A stretch of 64,000 bases of DNA from Nitrospirales bacterium (GCA_965203295.1 CBDBCZ010000019.1:1728001-1792000); one strand, 5' to 3'; shown: positions 33,284 to 45,376, numbered from the stretch's first letter. The notes: generated by a model not told the origin, from the sequence alone. Program-made: numbers and translations.

Positions 33284-36200
33284 TTGAAACTCCCCTCCCT
33301 CTTTAGCCTAGCATGCTGGTCGGTCCTCTGGGTCTAGCCCTCATTGATGTTTGCTGCGGGGCCAGACAAGGTAACATCCCACCCGGCTCTAGACTATTTT
33401 CCCTCTCCCTCTCAAGACGGCCGGTATCTTGCGTTTATTTCCGAACGAGCAGGCAATCCAGATATTTGGCTCAAATCCCTTTCTGCTGGTGCTGTTTCCC
33501 TTCCACGGCACCTCACGACCCATCCAGCCGTGGATCGAGATCCTGCCTTAAATGCCGATGGGAGCAAGCTGCTGTATGTTTCCCATAAAACAGATCCACG
33601 TGGGGATATTTATCTGATAGATCTTGTGACGGGAGAAGAAACCCAGCTTACAGATTCGTCCAGTGGTGACTCTGTCCCCCAGTGGGGGCCTGAGGGGAAC
33701 CACTTCTATTACCTCAAGCAAAACCCTTCTAGTGGAACTGGAGGCATCTACCGGAGAGATTTAGAAAGCAATGAAGACCAGCAAATTCTCGAACGGGCTT
33801 CGGGTTATTCCGTTGGCCTTAATGGCTGGCTTGTGTATTCGGAGGAAGATGCCTTACGAATGGTCAACCCTGCTCATCCGGAGGATCTTACAACGCTAAC
33901 ATCAGAAGGCTTTTTGGATCTATGGCCTACCCTGTTCGTCTCGGGTTCTGACCCTTTAATAAGGAAACACATGGTGTTTTTTTCTCGCTACAAAAAAGAT
34001 ACCAATCGTGACGGCATTCTCGATCCGGATGATGAATCTTCCATTTGGATGTCGGGATGGGATGAATCCACCCATCAGTCCTCTGGGCTTTACCGGATGA
34101 CCCCATCTGGCCAATTTCATCTGTATCCATCAGCCGCTCAGGAGTTTGTGTATTTTTCCGATGTAAAAAAAGGGGATATTTTCCGAATCGACATAAATAC
34201 CTTCCTCAACTCTTATGCCACTTTTGAAGAAGCCGATATTCTCGCCAATGACTATCTCGATAAAGGACAACAAGTCCTTGGCCTTCTTGTCCTGACAAAT
34301 ATCTCACGTAATCTCGCCATCAAATTTTCATTTGAAAAGAGAGTTCAATTTGACTTGCAGTATGTTGAACGTTTCATCGAGGCGAAACAATACGGATTGG
34401 CCCAACAGGTTTTGGCCTCTTATTCGGATTCCAGTGGAAAAATCGGTGCGCTATTTCAATTGCATTCCATTGTTCTAAACATTCGCCAACAAGCTGGAGA
34501 GGTTAGCTCCGCAGCACTGGAGCGATTGGTGAAACAAAATGTCTCTAAGCTTATAGCCGTTGGCGATGAATATCGATCCGATGAGACGGTGTATGGACAG
34601 GCTCTCATCGAGGCAGGCCGTTTGCATCTTCTAACCGGAGATTCACTGTCCGCCCTAGATTATTTAACTAAGGTGGATGAACTACAAAATAAAGAAATTC
34701 GCGCAAAGGCCCTCTTTACGAGGGGAACGGTGTATCGTCAACTCGGTGACGAAGCAAGCTTGCTCAACGTTTTCATTGATGTCATTCGGATGTTCGGAGA
34801 AGACAGTTCGTGGGGGAGAAGCGGCATAACACAAGCCATTGCGGTTTCGGAACAAGGAGCCAACATAAATGAGCAGGCAGCCTCTCTTCACGCTTTGGTG
34901 GATCAACATCCCGACCTTCCTCATTCTAGCGGCTTCGGCTCGCCTTCGCATTGCGGATCTTTATGATGAGAAAGGGGAGCAACTGAAAGCCATTCAGGAA
35001 TTGGATCGTATTGTATCTAATCCCCCACCCTTCCAAGAACTGGTTGAGCGCAGTTTCCGGCGCAAGGCTGAAATTCTCTCGACTGCTGAGCGGTATCAAG
35101 AAGCAGCCGATGCTTATGCCAAGCTTGTCGAGCTCACGGGCAAAGACCAAGCCGGTTTGGAACAGACAAGACGACTGATGGTGTTGCAGTTAGTCAGGAA
35201 GGCCCTAAAGGACCGCTCCGTTGGAGAGGTCCGAATCGCTGCCAAGGCTATGAAACGCATCACCGAAGATTACCCAGAATCTGTTGAAGCACATCGGGGC
35301 TACATTGAAACAAAGGTCATGCTCAAAGAAACAGATGATGTTCAAGAGCGGTACATAACATTAACGAAAGAACATTCAGACCACGCTGTCTATCTCTATA
35401 GTCAGGGGCTTGCCCTGTCTTACGCTCAACCATCTGACTTCCCTAGGATCATTGGGTTGATTGAGCAAGCTATTCGTCTGAATCCTGGAATTTCTTATTT
35501 TCACCAAACTCTGGGATGGGCGTATGAGCAGGAAGAACGGATTGGTGGAAAAACAGGCTATCTGGAAAAAGCTGAAGGAGAATATCGAATTGTTTTGGCA
35601 TTGAATGATGAATTTCAATTTCCCCAGGTCAAAGCCAACATTCTCTTAAATCTCGGCAATACCTAACTAGCCCTGAACAATTTCCCGGAAGCCTACCGCC
35701 ACTATCGTCAACGGGATGCTTTGCATTCTCCAGATGGCGATTCCATGACCGAGTTGTTGTATAGGAAGAATTTTGGTGAAGCCTGTTTTAAAGTCGGGAA
35801 GAGTGATGAATCTCTTACTCAATACCACATGGCATTGAAGCGAGTTCCGACCGACAATAGGGCCCTCAAGGCAGAGTTGCTGGAGCGGATCGGTTTAGCG
35901 CAGCAGGATTTGCGGCATTATTCCGAGGCCGTTCAATCCTTTTCCCAAGCGATGGAGATAAACCTCGAACTGGGAAACCAGAAGAATCTCGCATTACTCC
36001 AACGCAATATTGGCGTAAATCTCTACAACCTCAGTACAGGGGAAAATCGCTCTGATAGGGAAGCCTTAAAATGGGCACTCAAAAATTACTTCGCCAGTCT
36101 TGATGTCATTCAACGATCTGGTGCTAAAGAGCAGAAAAAAGGAAAAGGGCTACTCAGTCTGGAAGTCGCCCTTGGGAAGGGCGGATCCCAAGCTGCAACT

Positions 36201-39200
36201 GGATTTGATCGTGCTGGCGAGAAAAAACTCATGTTTAGTTATATCGCGGGGACGTATGAAAAACTCTCACAGCCGGCGTCTGCCCGTGAATTTTACCTCA
36301 AGAAACTCAACCTGCTTTCGGACAGCGCCGCTACTGAAATAGATGTGGCTCGATTGGCTGAAAAAGCAGTGGTGCTCAATCGGGTAGGAGTTCTCTCGCA
36401 TCAGTTAAGCTTGCATGAAGAGGCATTGGATTATATGCGCCAGTCCCTGGGGTATGCACAAACCCTTGAACTGGAATATGGGGTTGGGATGAATTTGTAT
36501 AACATTTCACGGCTGGTAGTTGAACGATCTCTGACCGGTCATGCCGAGGATTGGTCGATAGTTGATACGCTTGTCACAGGTCTGGATCAACAGATGGCTG
36601 ACGGCCGAAGGACGGTCAAACCTTTTATGCGTTAGCGAATACAGCGTTTTTGTTGTACAACCTACCGATTGATAGACGAAATGTATCCCTTAAGGTCAAC
36701 GACATTCTTAGTCGGATACACGACATCTACGGGTATAAACAACGGGTGTGGCCCTATTATTCCAAGGCCAAGGAGATCGCACAGAACGAGCAGGTTTTTT
36801 CTAAAGAGCAGGCCATTCCTCTACTGGTTGTGCTTAATTTGAACTTGCTGGAACTCGCGTTGGAGTCTGGAAAGGAGGAAGCGGCTCAACAACTTCGAGC
36901 TGACCTACTCGAGCTGGTTGAAGACAAAAGCTCTTCAAATAGCTGGCTGTGGTATGTCTCACAGGCTGAGCAAGCTGCTGATCCTGTGGATCGGCTTGAG
37001 TTGCTCGGTAAGGCCTTTGACCTGTTGATGAAATTCCCTTCTCAGGTCTATCCAAAGGGAACAACGCAATCATGGTCTTCTTCATACGATCGATTATCAG
37101 AACTTTACGTTGATGCTCTTGTGAAGAATAAGGATTATATCCTAGCCTTTTCCGTGGCTGAGAGGATAGCCATACCAAAAATCAGTTCGACTATTTATAA
37201 CAATATCGGGTTAGAATTCTTCCTGAACGGTTTAGGAGATTATGAAGGAGAACTCAGGGCAATTCTTTCAGAAATCCAAAAGGAAATCTCGAAGGAAAAC
37301 AGTAAACGCCTGGACGAGCTGTCAATCGAACTGGAAGAAATCCTCTTTGCCTTATACAAAGAATACCCTGGCAAGGTTTCCGCATTCTGGCAATACACAC
37401 CTACGAACGATATCCTTGCGGGTGCTGTCAATTTGGCTCGTCCCTACTTGAAAGTCGTACGTGGGGAAAAAGGCCTACATGGTTTCATACACGACGGAAC
37501 GGAAATCAAGTATGCTCCCCTGGAGATTCGGAGTGCCGCACTTCAATTCAGTGAGCCGTTCTCCTCTATTCTTTCCGATTGTACCTCGCTGTATTTCTCT
37601 CTTCCGGAAAAAATTGACATACCTATTCTTTCACCATCGCTTTCAGGAAAACCGATCTCACGAGTGACCAGCTTTTATGACTTTATGAATGGATACCATC
37701 AACGGTCTCTTTTTTACACAAAGGTTGCGATCGCAGGAGAGTTGCCTCTTGATCCAAACTTGACTGCTGGCGAGGTGCCTATTTCTACGCAATCCCTCAC
37801 CGGAACTCTAGAAAATCATCAGACAGCCTTGGCGGAGATAGATATCCTTAGTCTCCACCAAAGGTCACAAAGGTCTCAAGTTTGAAATCGGGGAGGAAAT
37901 GGGAATCCAAGACTTCATAAGCGTAGAGGATTTGGCTGACGGAGCTCGCCACACGGCGTTGGTATTAGATCTTAGATCCACTGGGATTGAGGACACGGCT
38001 TTGCTGGTGTCTGGCCTGATACATTCTGGCTTTCCTCACGTCGTCGTCAGTACGAAATCCTATAACCAAGCGCAGGCACAACGGTTCGTCTCTCTCTACC
38101 TTGCTTACCTTGCCGATCTTCCACCCGCTGAAGCCGTGACGGTGGCTGAAGAAGAAATATTTGGAGAACATCTGTCTTCCAGCCCTTATATCTTCTATGG
38201 ATACGGTGAAATGGATGAGGAGGAAAAGGCGGAATTTACTTCGTCAATGTATTCACAAGAACTTGATGAAGCCGTCGCGCTGTATCAGGAAGGGAAGTTC
38301 AGTGAGGCATTGCACAAAATGAAAAATGCTCTATCCGTTATCGATTATGCCAACAAAATGGAGGACTTCAGCGAACTCACGAAGTTGACGGTAGATGCTG
38401 CCTTCCAGATCGGCGAGTATGAAAAAGCTGTCTTTCACCAGAAGAATTTGCTCAATGCTTTGAGTGATTCACCTGACCTAGAAGAAAAATCTGAGGTGTT
38501 GTATCAATTAGGCATTCTCTACTCAAGGCTTGAGCAGTTTGAGTCGGCGATTCAACATCTGAAAGAAGCCATCGATTTGTGGACCCAGGCCGAAGAGTTG
38601 GACCGCCTAACGAAGGGATCGCGACGCTTGTAGTGGTTCGAGAGAATATGGGGGACTATTCCGAAGCCTTAGTCGAGTTTGAGCGATCCTACAATCTGTA
38701 TCAAGAAATTGGTGAAATCGGGGATATCGCCACACAAAATCGACGCATCGGAAGAATTTATTATCTCCGGTTGGGACGCTATGAAAAAGCCAGGAAACAA
38801 CTTCTTGCTGCTCTGGCTCACTATCAAGAGCTAGAAGATCGCAGAGGAGAAGCAGAGACATTGCTTGAGATCGGGCTGACCTATGAAAAGATGGGTCTGT
38901 TTGATGAGGCTGATCAGCGATATCAGGAAGGCATCAGAATCGGCGAAGAATTGGATGATTCTTTTCTGTTAGCATCGGGCCATTTATATATGGCCAATAC
39001 GGACTGGTTCAGGGGAGACTACCAAGAAGCGTTTCAATCCCTGACGCGGGCAAGAAAATTCGCTGAGAATGCCGACGATACTCAACTCAGAATCATAGTG
39101 AGGAATACTCGCGGCCTGATTTATTGGACGTTGAATGATACGGACAAAGGATTGAATCATTTGAAACAGGCAATCGCTCTTGCCGAAGAAGCGGACATTA

Positions 39201-41059
39201 AAACAGAATTAGCTTCCTCCCTGAATAACATGGGGCTGATTTATCGCCAAAGAGGAGAGTATGTAACCTCTTTGGAATATTTTGAGAAAGCCAAGGATAT
39301 CGACGAATCTCTCAATAGTCGGTGGGGTTTGGGATATGACTATCGGAATATCGGGATGTCACTCCTGAAACTCGGCAGGTTGACCGAGGCCGAGGCGAAT
39401 TTCGTACGTGCCGAACAAACCAGTGCAGAAATAAAAAATGCCATCAATTGGGTTAAAGCTCTTTTGGAGCTTGGCAACGTCAATCGCGATTTAAAAAAAC
39501 CAGATAAGGCTCTGGGCTATTACGAAGAAGCCTATACACATGCTAAAAAGTACGGGATCAAAGAAGTTCAATGGCGAGCAGCAGCTGGAAAAGCCAGTCT
39601 CTTGAAGGATCGTGGGAGTCAAGAAGAAGCCTTTACCTGGTACGCCAATGCAGTAGAGATTGTGGAAGGTATGCGGGCCTCTTTGAAGATAGACGAATTG
39701 CGAAATACTTTTCAGGCCAACAAGCTGGATTTGTATCGGGATACAATCAGTCTCCTCGTTAATATGGTGCGAACAGAGGATGCCTTTAATTACTTAGAAC
39801 GCTCACGGTCCAGAAGTTTTATCGACCTATTAGGAAACCAAAAATTGACGCTCAAAAGTGAGGTCGATCAACAGGCACTTGAAAAGATCTCGGCCTTATC
39901 CGTTCGAGTGGATGCGCTAAAAAGAGAGCTGGGTTCCTATGATGAACCACCGACTGACCTCCTCGAGCAGTACCGGGAGGCCAAAGTATTCTACGATGAG
40001 GCGATTATTGACCTCAAACAAAATAATCCATCTTTAAGCAGCTTTGTCGCTGTGGATCCACTTACTGAATCTGACGTGGAGGAGTTACTGGAAGCAGGCG
40101 TGGGGCTTCTGTCCTACATGTTAGGTGTACATTTGGGTTCTCAAACAAAAAGGAACCTCCTTTTACAGAAATCCCATAGGAAGCCAAGACATTGCAACAA
40201 TCGTACGGAGTTATCGTGATGCCGTTCAGCACTTGGAACCTGTAGATGATGAATTAACGAAACTCTATGATTTCTTAATCAAACCCTTGGAGCAAGATCT
40301 CGAAGGTTTGGCCTATGTTGGGATCATCCCTGATGGTCCCTTGCACTTTCTTTCGTTCTCTGCCCTCAAGAAGAAGCAGACCTATCTAGTTGAACGGTTT
40401 CCTCTCTTTTCTTTTACACTCCCTCCGCTTCCGTGTTGAAATTTACCTTTAGCAAACGGAGGGAGAAAAAAGTCACGAACGTTCTGGCTGTGGGCAATCC
40501 GGATTTGGGTAATTTTAACTATGACCTTCCTTTGGCTGAACTCGAAGCACAAAGCATTAAATGGAATTATCCCGATATGTACATTTTGACTGGAAGCAGG
40601 GCCACAAAAGAATGGTTTATCAAGAACATTTCACGCTATGGTGTGATTCATATAGCCGCCCATGGCGAGTTTGATGAATTTAACCCACTTTTTTCGTCCC
40701 TCTGGTTAGCTTCGGAGCAACCTGACAATCGTCGTCTGACCGTAAAGGAAGTCTTCGGGTTGGAAATTAATACTGATTTGGTGACACTAAGCGCTTGTCA
40801 AACGGGATTAGGGAAGTTGGAGGCTGGGGAAATCATTGGGTTAAACCGAGCTTTCATCTATGCAGGTACACATGCCCTGGTTTCCGCTCTTTGGAGAGTG
40901 GATGATCTCTCCACCTCGGTTATAATGAAGCATTTCTACCGGAATTACGTCACAATGGACAAAGCCAAAAGCTTGCCGCAGGCCCAATTGATCGTGAAAA
41001 AAGAATTCCCTCACCCTTCATACTGGGCAGGATTCAACTTGGTGGGTGATTATCAATAA
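33284..41059 (+). pseudogene. Giant (~2,600 aa) TolB-like PD40 propeller / TPR / CHAT caspase-like protease, fragmented
   Basis: PD40 repeats (PSPSQDGRYLAFISERAGNPDIW), EF-hand-like DTNRDGILD, many TPRs, AFNYLERSRSRSF, CHAT dyad HIAAHG / LSACQTG, HPSYWAGF. In-frame stops at 33335 and 35664; frameshifts near 34920, 36620, 37850, 38610, 40125 and 40410. Confidence 0.85.
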
Positions 41060-41161
41060 TAGTTTGTGATGGCTTTTATCTCACTCGTGTAGCCTAAGAG
41101 GATGATTTTCTTAATAAGGTTCTGAAAAGCCAAGCCAGTTTTTCTAAAATACGGAGATCGT

Positions 41162-41677
41162 ATGAACAAAATTTTTACCATGTTGTGTCTATTAGTGGGG
41201 CTCCTGATTCTTTTCCCAGGAACAGGATTGGCCGATACCATGTTTGCCAAGAAAGATCGTGTCAAAGTGACGGCAAAAAAATCACCTACGTCCAAGGTTA
41301 TCGCCATCTTACGTTTAGGTGATCAGGTCGAGGTCCTCAAAAAAAGCGGGAGGCAGTATCAGGTTAAACTCGGAAGTGGAAAAACCGGTTGGGTGTTTAA
41401 ATTTAAATTGGCGAAAGAAAAACCAACCCGGGGGAAAGAGGGTGGGAGTTCCCTCTCAGTTTTGACGGGAAAGAAAACGATCGTAGCCAGGGAGGCAAGG
41501 GCCGGGGGAAGCATCCGCGGCCTCAAAGAAACGACCGAACAATACGCTAAAAAGAAACAGATCAGTCCTGTTCACCAAAAATAAGTTGATAAGATGGAAG
41601 AAATGGTGATCTCCGACGATGAATTAGCCCGTTTTCAGAAAGAAGAGGGAGTTGGTGAATATGGAGGAGGTGCCTAA
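41162..41677 (+). pseudogene. Exported SH3b-domain protein with an in-frame TAA
   Basis: Signal peptide, SPTSKVIAILRLGDQVEVL..GKTGWV, AGGSIRGL. Reads through TAA 41582-41584 to a TAA overlapping the next ATG (TAATG). Confidence 0.8.
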
Positions 41678-42642
41678 TGAAAATAACATATGTGGCTGTT
41701 GGCATAGTGATCATTGGGTTATGGTTATCGAACCAAGCATTAGGGGGATTTTTTGACGACTTACTCAAACCTTCTCCACAAAAGGAAAAATCTCAAGGAA
41801 ACCAGACTCGTGATTCTCAGGAGACATCACAGGGCGAACAACCCGACCTCCTGCAGGGATTCGGGGATATTTTGGGCATCAAAAAGAAAGACGTTGAGCT
41901 CTTCAAAAAGGGAGTAGGTGTTCTGGAAGCCCTTCAACCTATCGGCGAGGAAGAAGAAGTTACACTTGGACAAGCTGTAGCCCTGGAAGCCTTTAGTCGG
42001 TTCGGAGGGGAATACTGTCATGAAAGGCTCACCCGTTATATTAATCTGGTCGGGAACACCATTGCTGAAGTGTCTGACCGTCCCAACCTCAGTTACCACT
42101 TCGCCATTTTAAACAGTCAGGAGCAGAATGCCTTTGCGACACCGGGTGGATATATTTTTCTGACCATTGGATTGCTGAACACCTTAAAAAATGAGGCCGA
42201 ACTTGCTGGAGTGTTGGCTCATGAAATTGCCCACGTGACTCAGAAACATATGCTGGAAACCATCAGGCGTGGAGCTATATTGTCGAATGTTTCGGAATTC
42301 ACCCTCACAGCCATGAACAAAAATCTTGAGATGTTTTCCAATGTGATCGATGAAATTACGGATAAACTCTTTACCAAAGGGTTGGATAAAGACAAAGAAT
42401 TCGAGGCCGATGTCTATGGAATCGAATTCTCGTATCGGGCGGGATATAACCCCCACGGGTTGAGGGATTATCTCAAAACTCTTAAGGCACAAGAGGGTCA
42501 TGCTCAATCAGCCTTCTTTACCACACATCCTTCAACTAGCACCCGAATCGGCAAGGTTGAAAGCATCTTGCAGCAATACCACGATGGAGAATCCTTCTCT
42601 TATGTAACCAAACGATTTCAAGAATATATGAAATCATCATAG
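41677..42642 (+). CDS. M48 family metallopeptidase (BepA-like), exported
   Basis: NAFATPGGYIF, EAELAGVLAHEIAHV (HExxH), EFEAD, AGYNP, THP. Confidence 0.92.
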   Translation: MKITYVAVGIVIIGLWLSNQALGGFFDDLLKPSPQKEKSQGNQTRDSQETSQGEQPDLLQGFGDILGIKKKDVELFKKGVGVLEALQPIGEEEEVTLGQAVALEAFSRFGGEYCHERLTRYINLVGNTIAEVSDRPNLSYHFAILNSQEQNAFATPGGYIFLTIGLLNTLKNEAELAGVLAHEIAHVTQKHMLETIRRGAILSNVSEFTLTAMNKNLEMFSNVIDEITDKLFTKGLDKDKEFEADVYGIEFSYRAGYNPHGLRDYLKTLKAQEGHAQSAFFTTHPSTSTRIGKVESILQQYHDGESFSYVTKRFQEYMKSS

Positions 42643-42669
42643 GAGAGTCTACTGAGTAAGGCCATATAT

Positions 42670-42794
42670 ATTGAGGCGCGGTCATTTGGGGTACCTCAGC
42701 CTCAGGTTTCTTATCTTCAACGAATCACGGACTCCGCGTGTTGACCCGTCACTAGGGGCAGGCGATGAAGGAGTGCAAAGTTAGGCAATGACCC
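42670..42794 (+). mobile_element. Degenerate 3' remnant of a transposase-like gene (copy 1; probably RAYT/IS200-like)
   Basis: Translates ARSFGVPQPQVSYLQR..VLTRH*GQAMKECKVRQ* followed by TGACCC. Homologous to 44880-45127, with 17 identical bp. Confidence 0.45.
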
Positions 42795-42828
42795 CTATCC
42801 TGCTATTCGGTCTGACCGTGAGGTCGAA

Positions 42829-43599
42829 GTGACAGCGACTCAGCGTATCCGGCTGCTACGCAACCGCCTGGTCTGGGGCCTTAAGCATCACTTCCGCTGG
42901 CCCGCGCGCGTGCGTCGACTCACAAAGTGGGGCGCCCTCGAGAGCTTGAAGCAGGGCGGTCTGCAGCCCACCACGATCCTAGACGTCGGCGTCGAACAGG
43001 GAACCCCGGAACTGCTGTACACGTTCCCCGATGCCAAGCACGTGTTGATCGAGCCGGTGCGGGAGCACGAGGCCCTGATCAGAGGCGCCTATCGACGGAT
43101 CCAGAATGTCCACATGGTTTGGGCAGCAGCACACTCTGAGGTTGGCGTCGGATCACTCTCCGTAACCCGGAGTCTCGACACCGCAACGCTGAGGCCATCG
43201 GTCGGCGAGCGATGGAATCCCGAGCTTTCACGCCAGGTTGAGCTCGTGACGCTCGATGCCCTTTGCGAAAAAGACGAGATAGGAGGGCCCTATCTGCTCA
43301 AGGTGGATGTGGATGAAACCGACCTAGAAGTCTTGAAGGGTGCGCAGCGCCTCCTGGGTGATACGGAATGCGTGGTCATCGAGTCCAGCTCCGAACAAAT
43401 CGTGGAGCGCGCCAGCTTCCTGCAGGATCAGGGCTTCTTTCTGTGGGGCATCGTCGACGTGGGTTTCAAGGGGGAGGTGCTCTACCAGATGGATTTAGTC
43501 TTTCTCCACACGCGCCTACGAGATGACGAACACTTCGTCCCCTGGGCTGCGCCCGGAGGCGTGGAGCTCCCCATGCGCTCCCTGACCACCTGGCGCTGA
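42829..43599 (+). CDS. FkbM-family SAM-dependent methyltransferase (high GC, foreign)
   Basis: ILDVGVEQG, LIEP, VTLDAL, LLKVDV, YQMDLVF. Confidence 0.85.
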   Translation: MTATQRIRLLRNRLVWGLKHHFRWPARVRRLTKWGALESLKQGGLQPTTILDVGVEQGTPELLYTFPDAKHVLIEPVREHEALIRGAYRRIQNVHMVWAAAHSEVGVGSLSVTRSLDTATLRPSVGERWNPELSRQVELVTLDALCEKDEIGGPYLLKVDVDETDLEVLKGAQRLLGDTECVVIESSSEQIVERASFLQDQGFFLWGIVDVGFKGEVLYQMDLVFLHTRLRDDEHFVPWAAPGGVELPMRSLTTWR

Positions 43600-43843
43600 G
43601 CTAGCCATCCTCTCTCCACCCAGATTCTCACGACGAAAGCGAGGAGGAAGCCTGTGGGTCGTCTTGACTATCTTGCGTTCGATTCGGACAACCATTATTT
43701 CTCGAATTCCTGTGCGACCGATCACCTCGACACGACTTCACTCAATCTATCCCATTTTTTCTTGTCCCTTCTCTTTTATTCTTTTTGCCGTAATGACCGT
43801 TCTCATGTTTCTTGAACTCAAACAGAATACTCTGCTGCACACA

Positions 43844-44608
43844 TTAGCGTGCCCGACAAGCGGGATTCTCAAGTAAGTCTACAATGAGCTCCGACTTCTT
43901 TAAATTCAACAACTCCTCTCTTCTATTTTCCATATGTCTGTATGATAAGCTATCAATCTGTTCTTTCGTAAAATCTAACATAGCATCAGGAGACCCACGA
44001 GTTATGATTCCAACACCCATATCACAATCTAAAACAAAAATTCGTAAGTTGTGATCTAAAGATCTCAAGTAAACAATGGTTTTCCACACATCACCACACC
44101 AATCACCAGTCCACCCAGGCAAATTCGCGCTTATGGCATGATCCAATGATGCAGCAAGGAAAGCCGCACTCTCAGATGGCGGACTGCAATCATGCAAAAT
44201 GATGGTCCCATCTTTGTTTAAATACTGAAGGCAATTCTGTACATCCTTAAGAGACTGCTCAAATGTATGAAGGCCGTCAACAAAAGCTATATCTATGCCA
44301 CGTTGTTCAATATCTGATGAGCGGCGTTTGAAATACTCATCGCTGGTCATTTCATAGTATTTGTTCCTTACATTCCAAGGATTCTTTATGAGATATCTGA
44401 TTTGTTTAATTTTAGAAAACCCAAATCGCGGATCAACTGCAATTTTATACTTGGCTTTAACTCTGAAGAATACTGCTCCACTTGCCACACCTATTTCTAA
44501 GTATGTTCTCGCTCCCCTCATTTTCGTGACAGTCTGAATGATACTAAGCCTATCCATTGATTTCTGAGCCATCATTTTCCCATGTAGCATGACAATACAA
44601 ACTGCCAT
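43844..44608 (-). CDS. Class I SAM-dependent methyltransferase (Methyltransf_24-like; low GC, foreign)
   Basis: YLEIGVASG, AVDP, DIAFVDGLH, IILHDC, WCGDVWK. Confidence 0.85.
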   Translation of the reverse strand: MAVCIVMLHGKMMAQKSMDRLSIIQTVTKMRGARTYLEIGVASGAVFFRVKAKYKIAVDPRFGFSKIKQIRYLIKNPWNVRNKYYEMTSDEYFKRRSSDIEQRGIDIAFVDGLHTFEQSLKDVQNCLQYLNKDGTIILHDCSPPSESAAFLAASLDHAISANLPGWTGDWCGDVWKTIVYLRSLDHNLRIFVLDCDMGVGIITRGSPDAMLDFTKEQIDSLSYRHMENRREELLNLKKSELIVDLLENPACRAR

Positions 44609-44879
44609 CTTCCTTTCAAGCTAACCAAGATCACCGTCTTCACCAATGGTTCTTCCAGGAAGAGCTTTGAACTATCTCGCGAAATGTATCGGCTTTCAGC
44701 TTAAGCAAAGTGTATCGAAGGGTTCATTCATTGACAACCTTTTGCCCCCTACCTGTAACCCTCACCATGCCGAAGTGGTGAAATTGGTAGATTATAGGAA
44801 AAATAAAATCCATTTTCGGGCACGCAGAAAAGTCGTAAAGGGACCAGGGAGTGTCAATTACGCCCATCAGCCGAAGAGG

Positions 44880-45127
44880 CATTGGCGCGGTTGGGAATTG
44901 TCTATGGAGTGGCACGAAAGGAAGTGTTATCGCGTTCCCATCTGGAGGTTTATCGGTATGCTGTGTGGTTCTTGCGGCGAGCGGCCAACGAGCCGCTACG
45001 AATTGTGCGAAGCAGTTTAGCGTGTCTCAGTCCTGGATCTCTCCTATTCTACCAAGCATGGAGCCCGGCGTGTTGACCCGTCACCAGAAGCGGGCGATGC
45101 TGAAGTTCAAAGTCAAGCAATGACTCT
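44880..45127 (+). mobile_element. Degenerate 3' remnant of a transposase-like gene (copy 2)
   Basis: Frameshifted HTH-like tail: VYRYAVWFLRRAANEPLRIV / AKQFSVSQSWIS..VLTRHQKRAMLKFKVKQ*. Its end abuts the truncated SnoaL-like gene. Confidence 0.5.
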
Positions 45128-45129
45128 CA

Positions 45130-45337
45130 ACTCGAACTCAATCTCCTTGCTGGGGTATTGCGCCGCCATTTCAGCGAAATAATCAATGAACGCCTGCTTC
45201 CCGTCCCCTACTAGCGGGTTGTGTTGAATATATCCAACACCCACGTACATTTCAACAGCCTTGGCGGGGTCACCGAGATACGCAGTGCGGTAGAAGGCAA
45301 TGGCATTATTCTTATTTTCTTCCAGATTGTCTTGCAT
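45130..45337 (-). pseudogene. Truncated SnoaL/NTF2-like protein (gene cassette)
   Basis: NKNNAIAFY..YIQHNPLVGDGKQAFIDYF. Cut after EIEF by the repeat end. Confidence 0.75.
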
Positions 45338-45376
45338 GTCGGCACTCCAATAGGTTGATTCGTATCTGCTAAGCGC

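Noticed and set aside
33284..41059. CRISPR-associated Craspase (type III-E TPR-CHAT) system
   Set aside because: There are no cas genes or regularly spaced repeat-spacer arrays in the window, and the neighbours are envelope proteins.
42776..42786. CAAAGTTAGGC resembling the class 1 attI junction before the FkbM gene
   Set aside because: It is part of the duplicated transposase-like tail (the second copy reads CAAAGTCAAGC), and no attC follows the FkbM gene.
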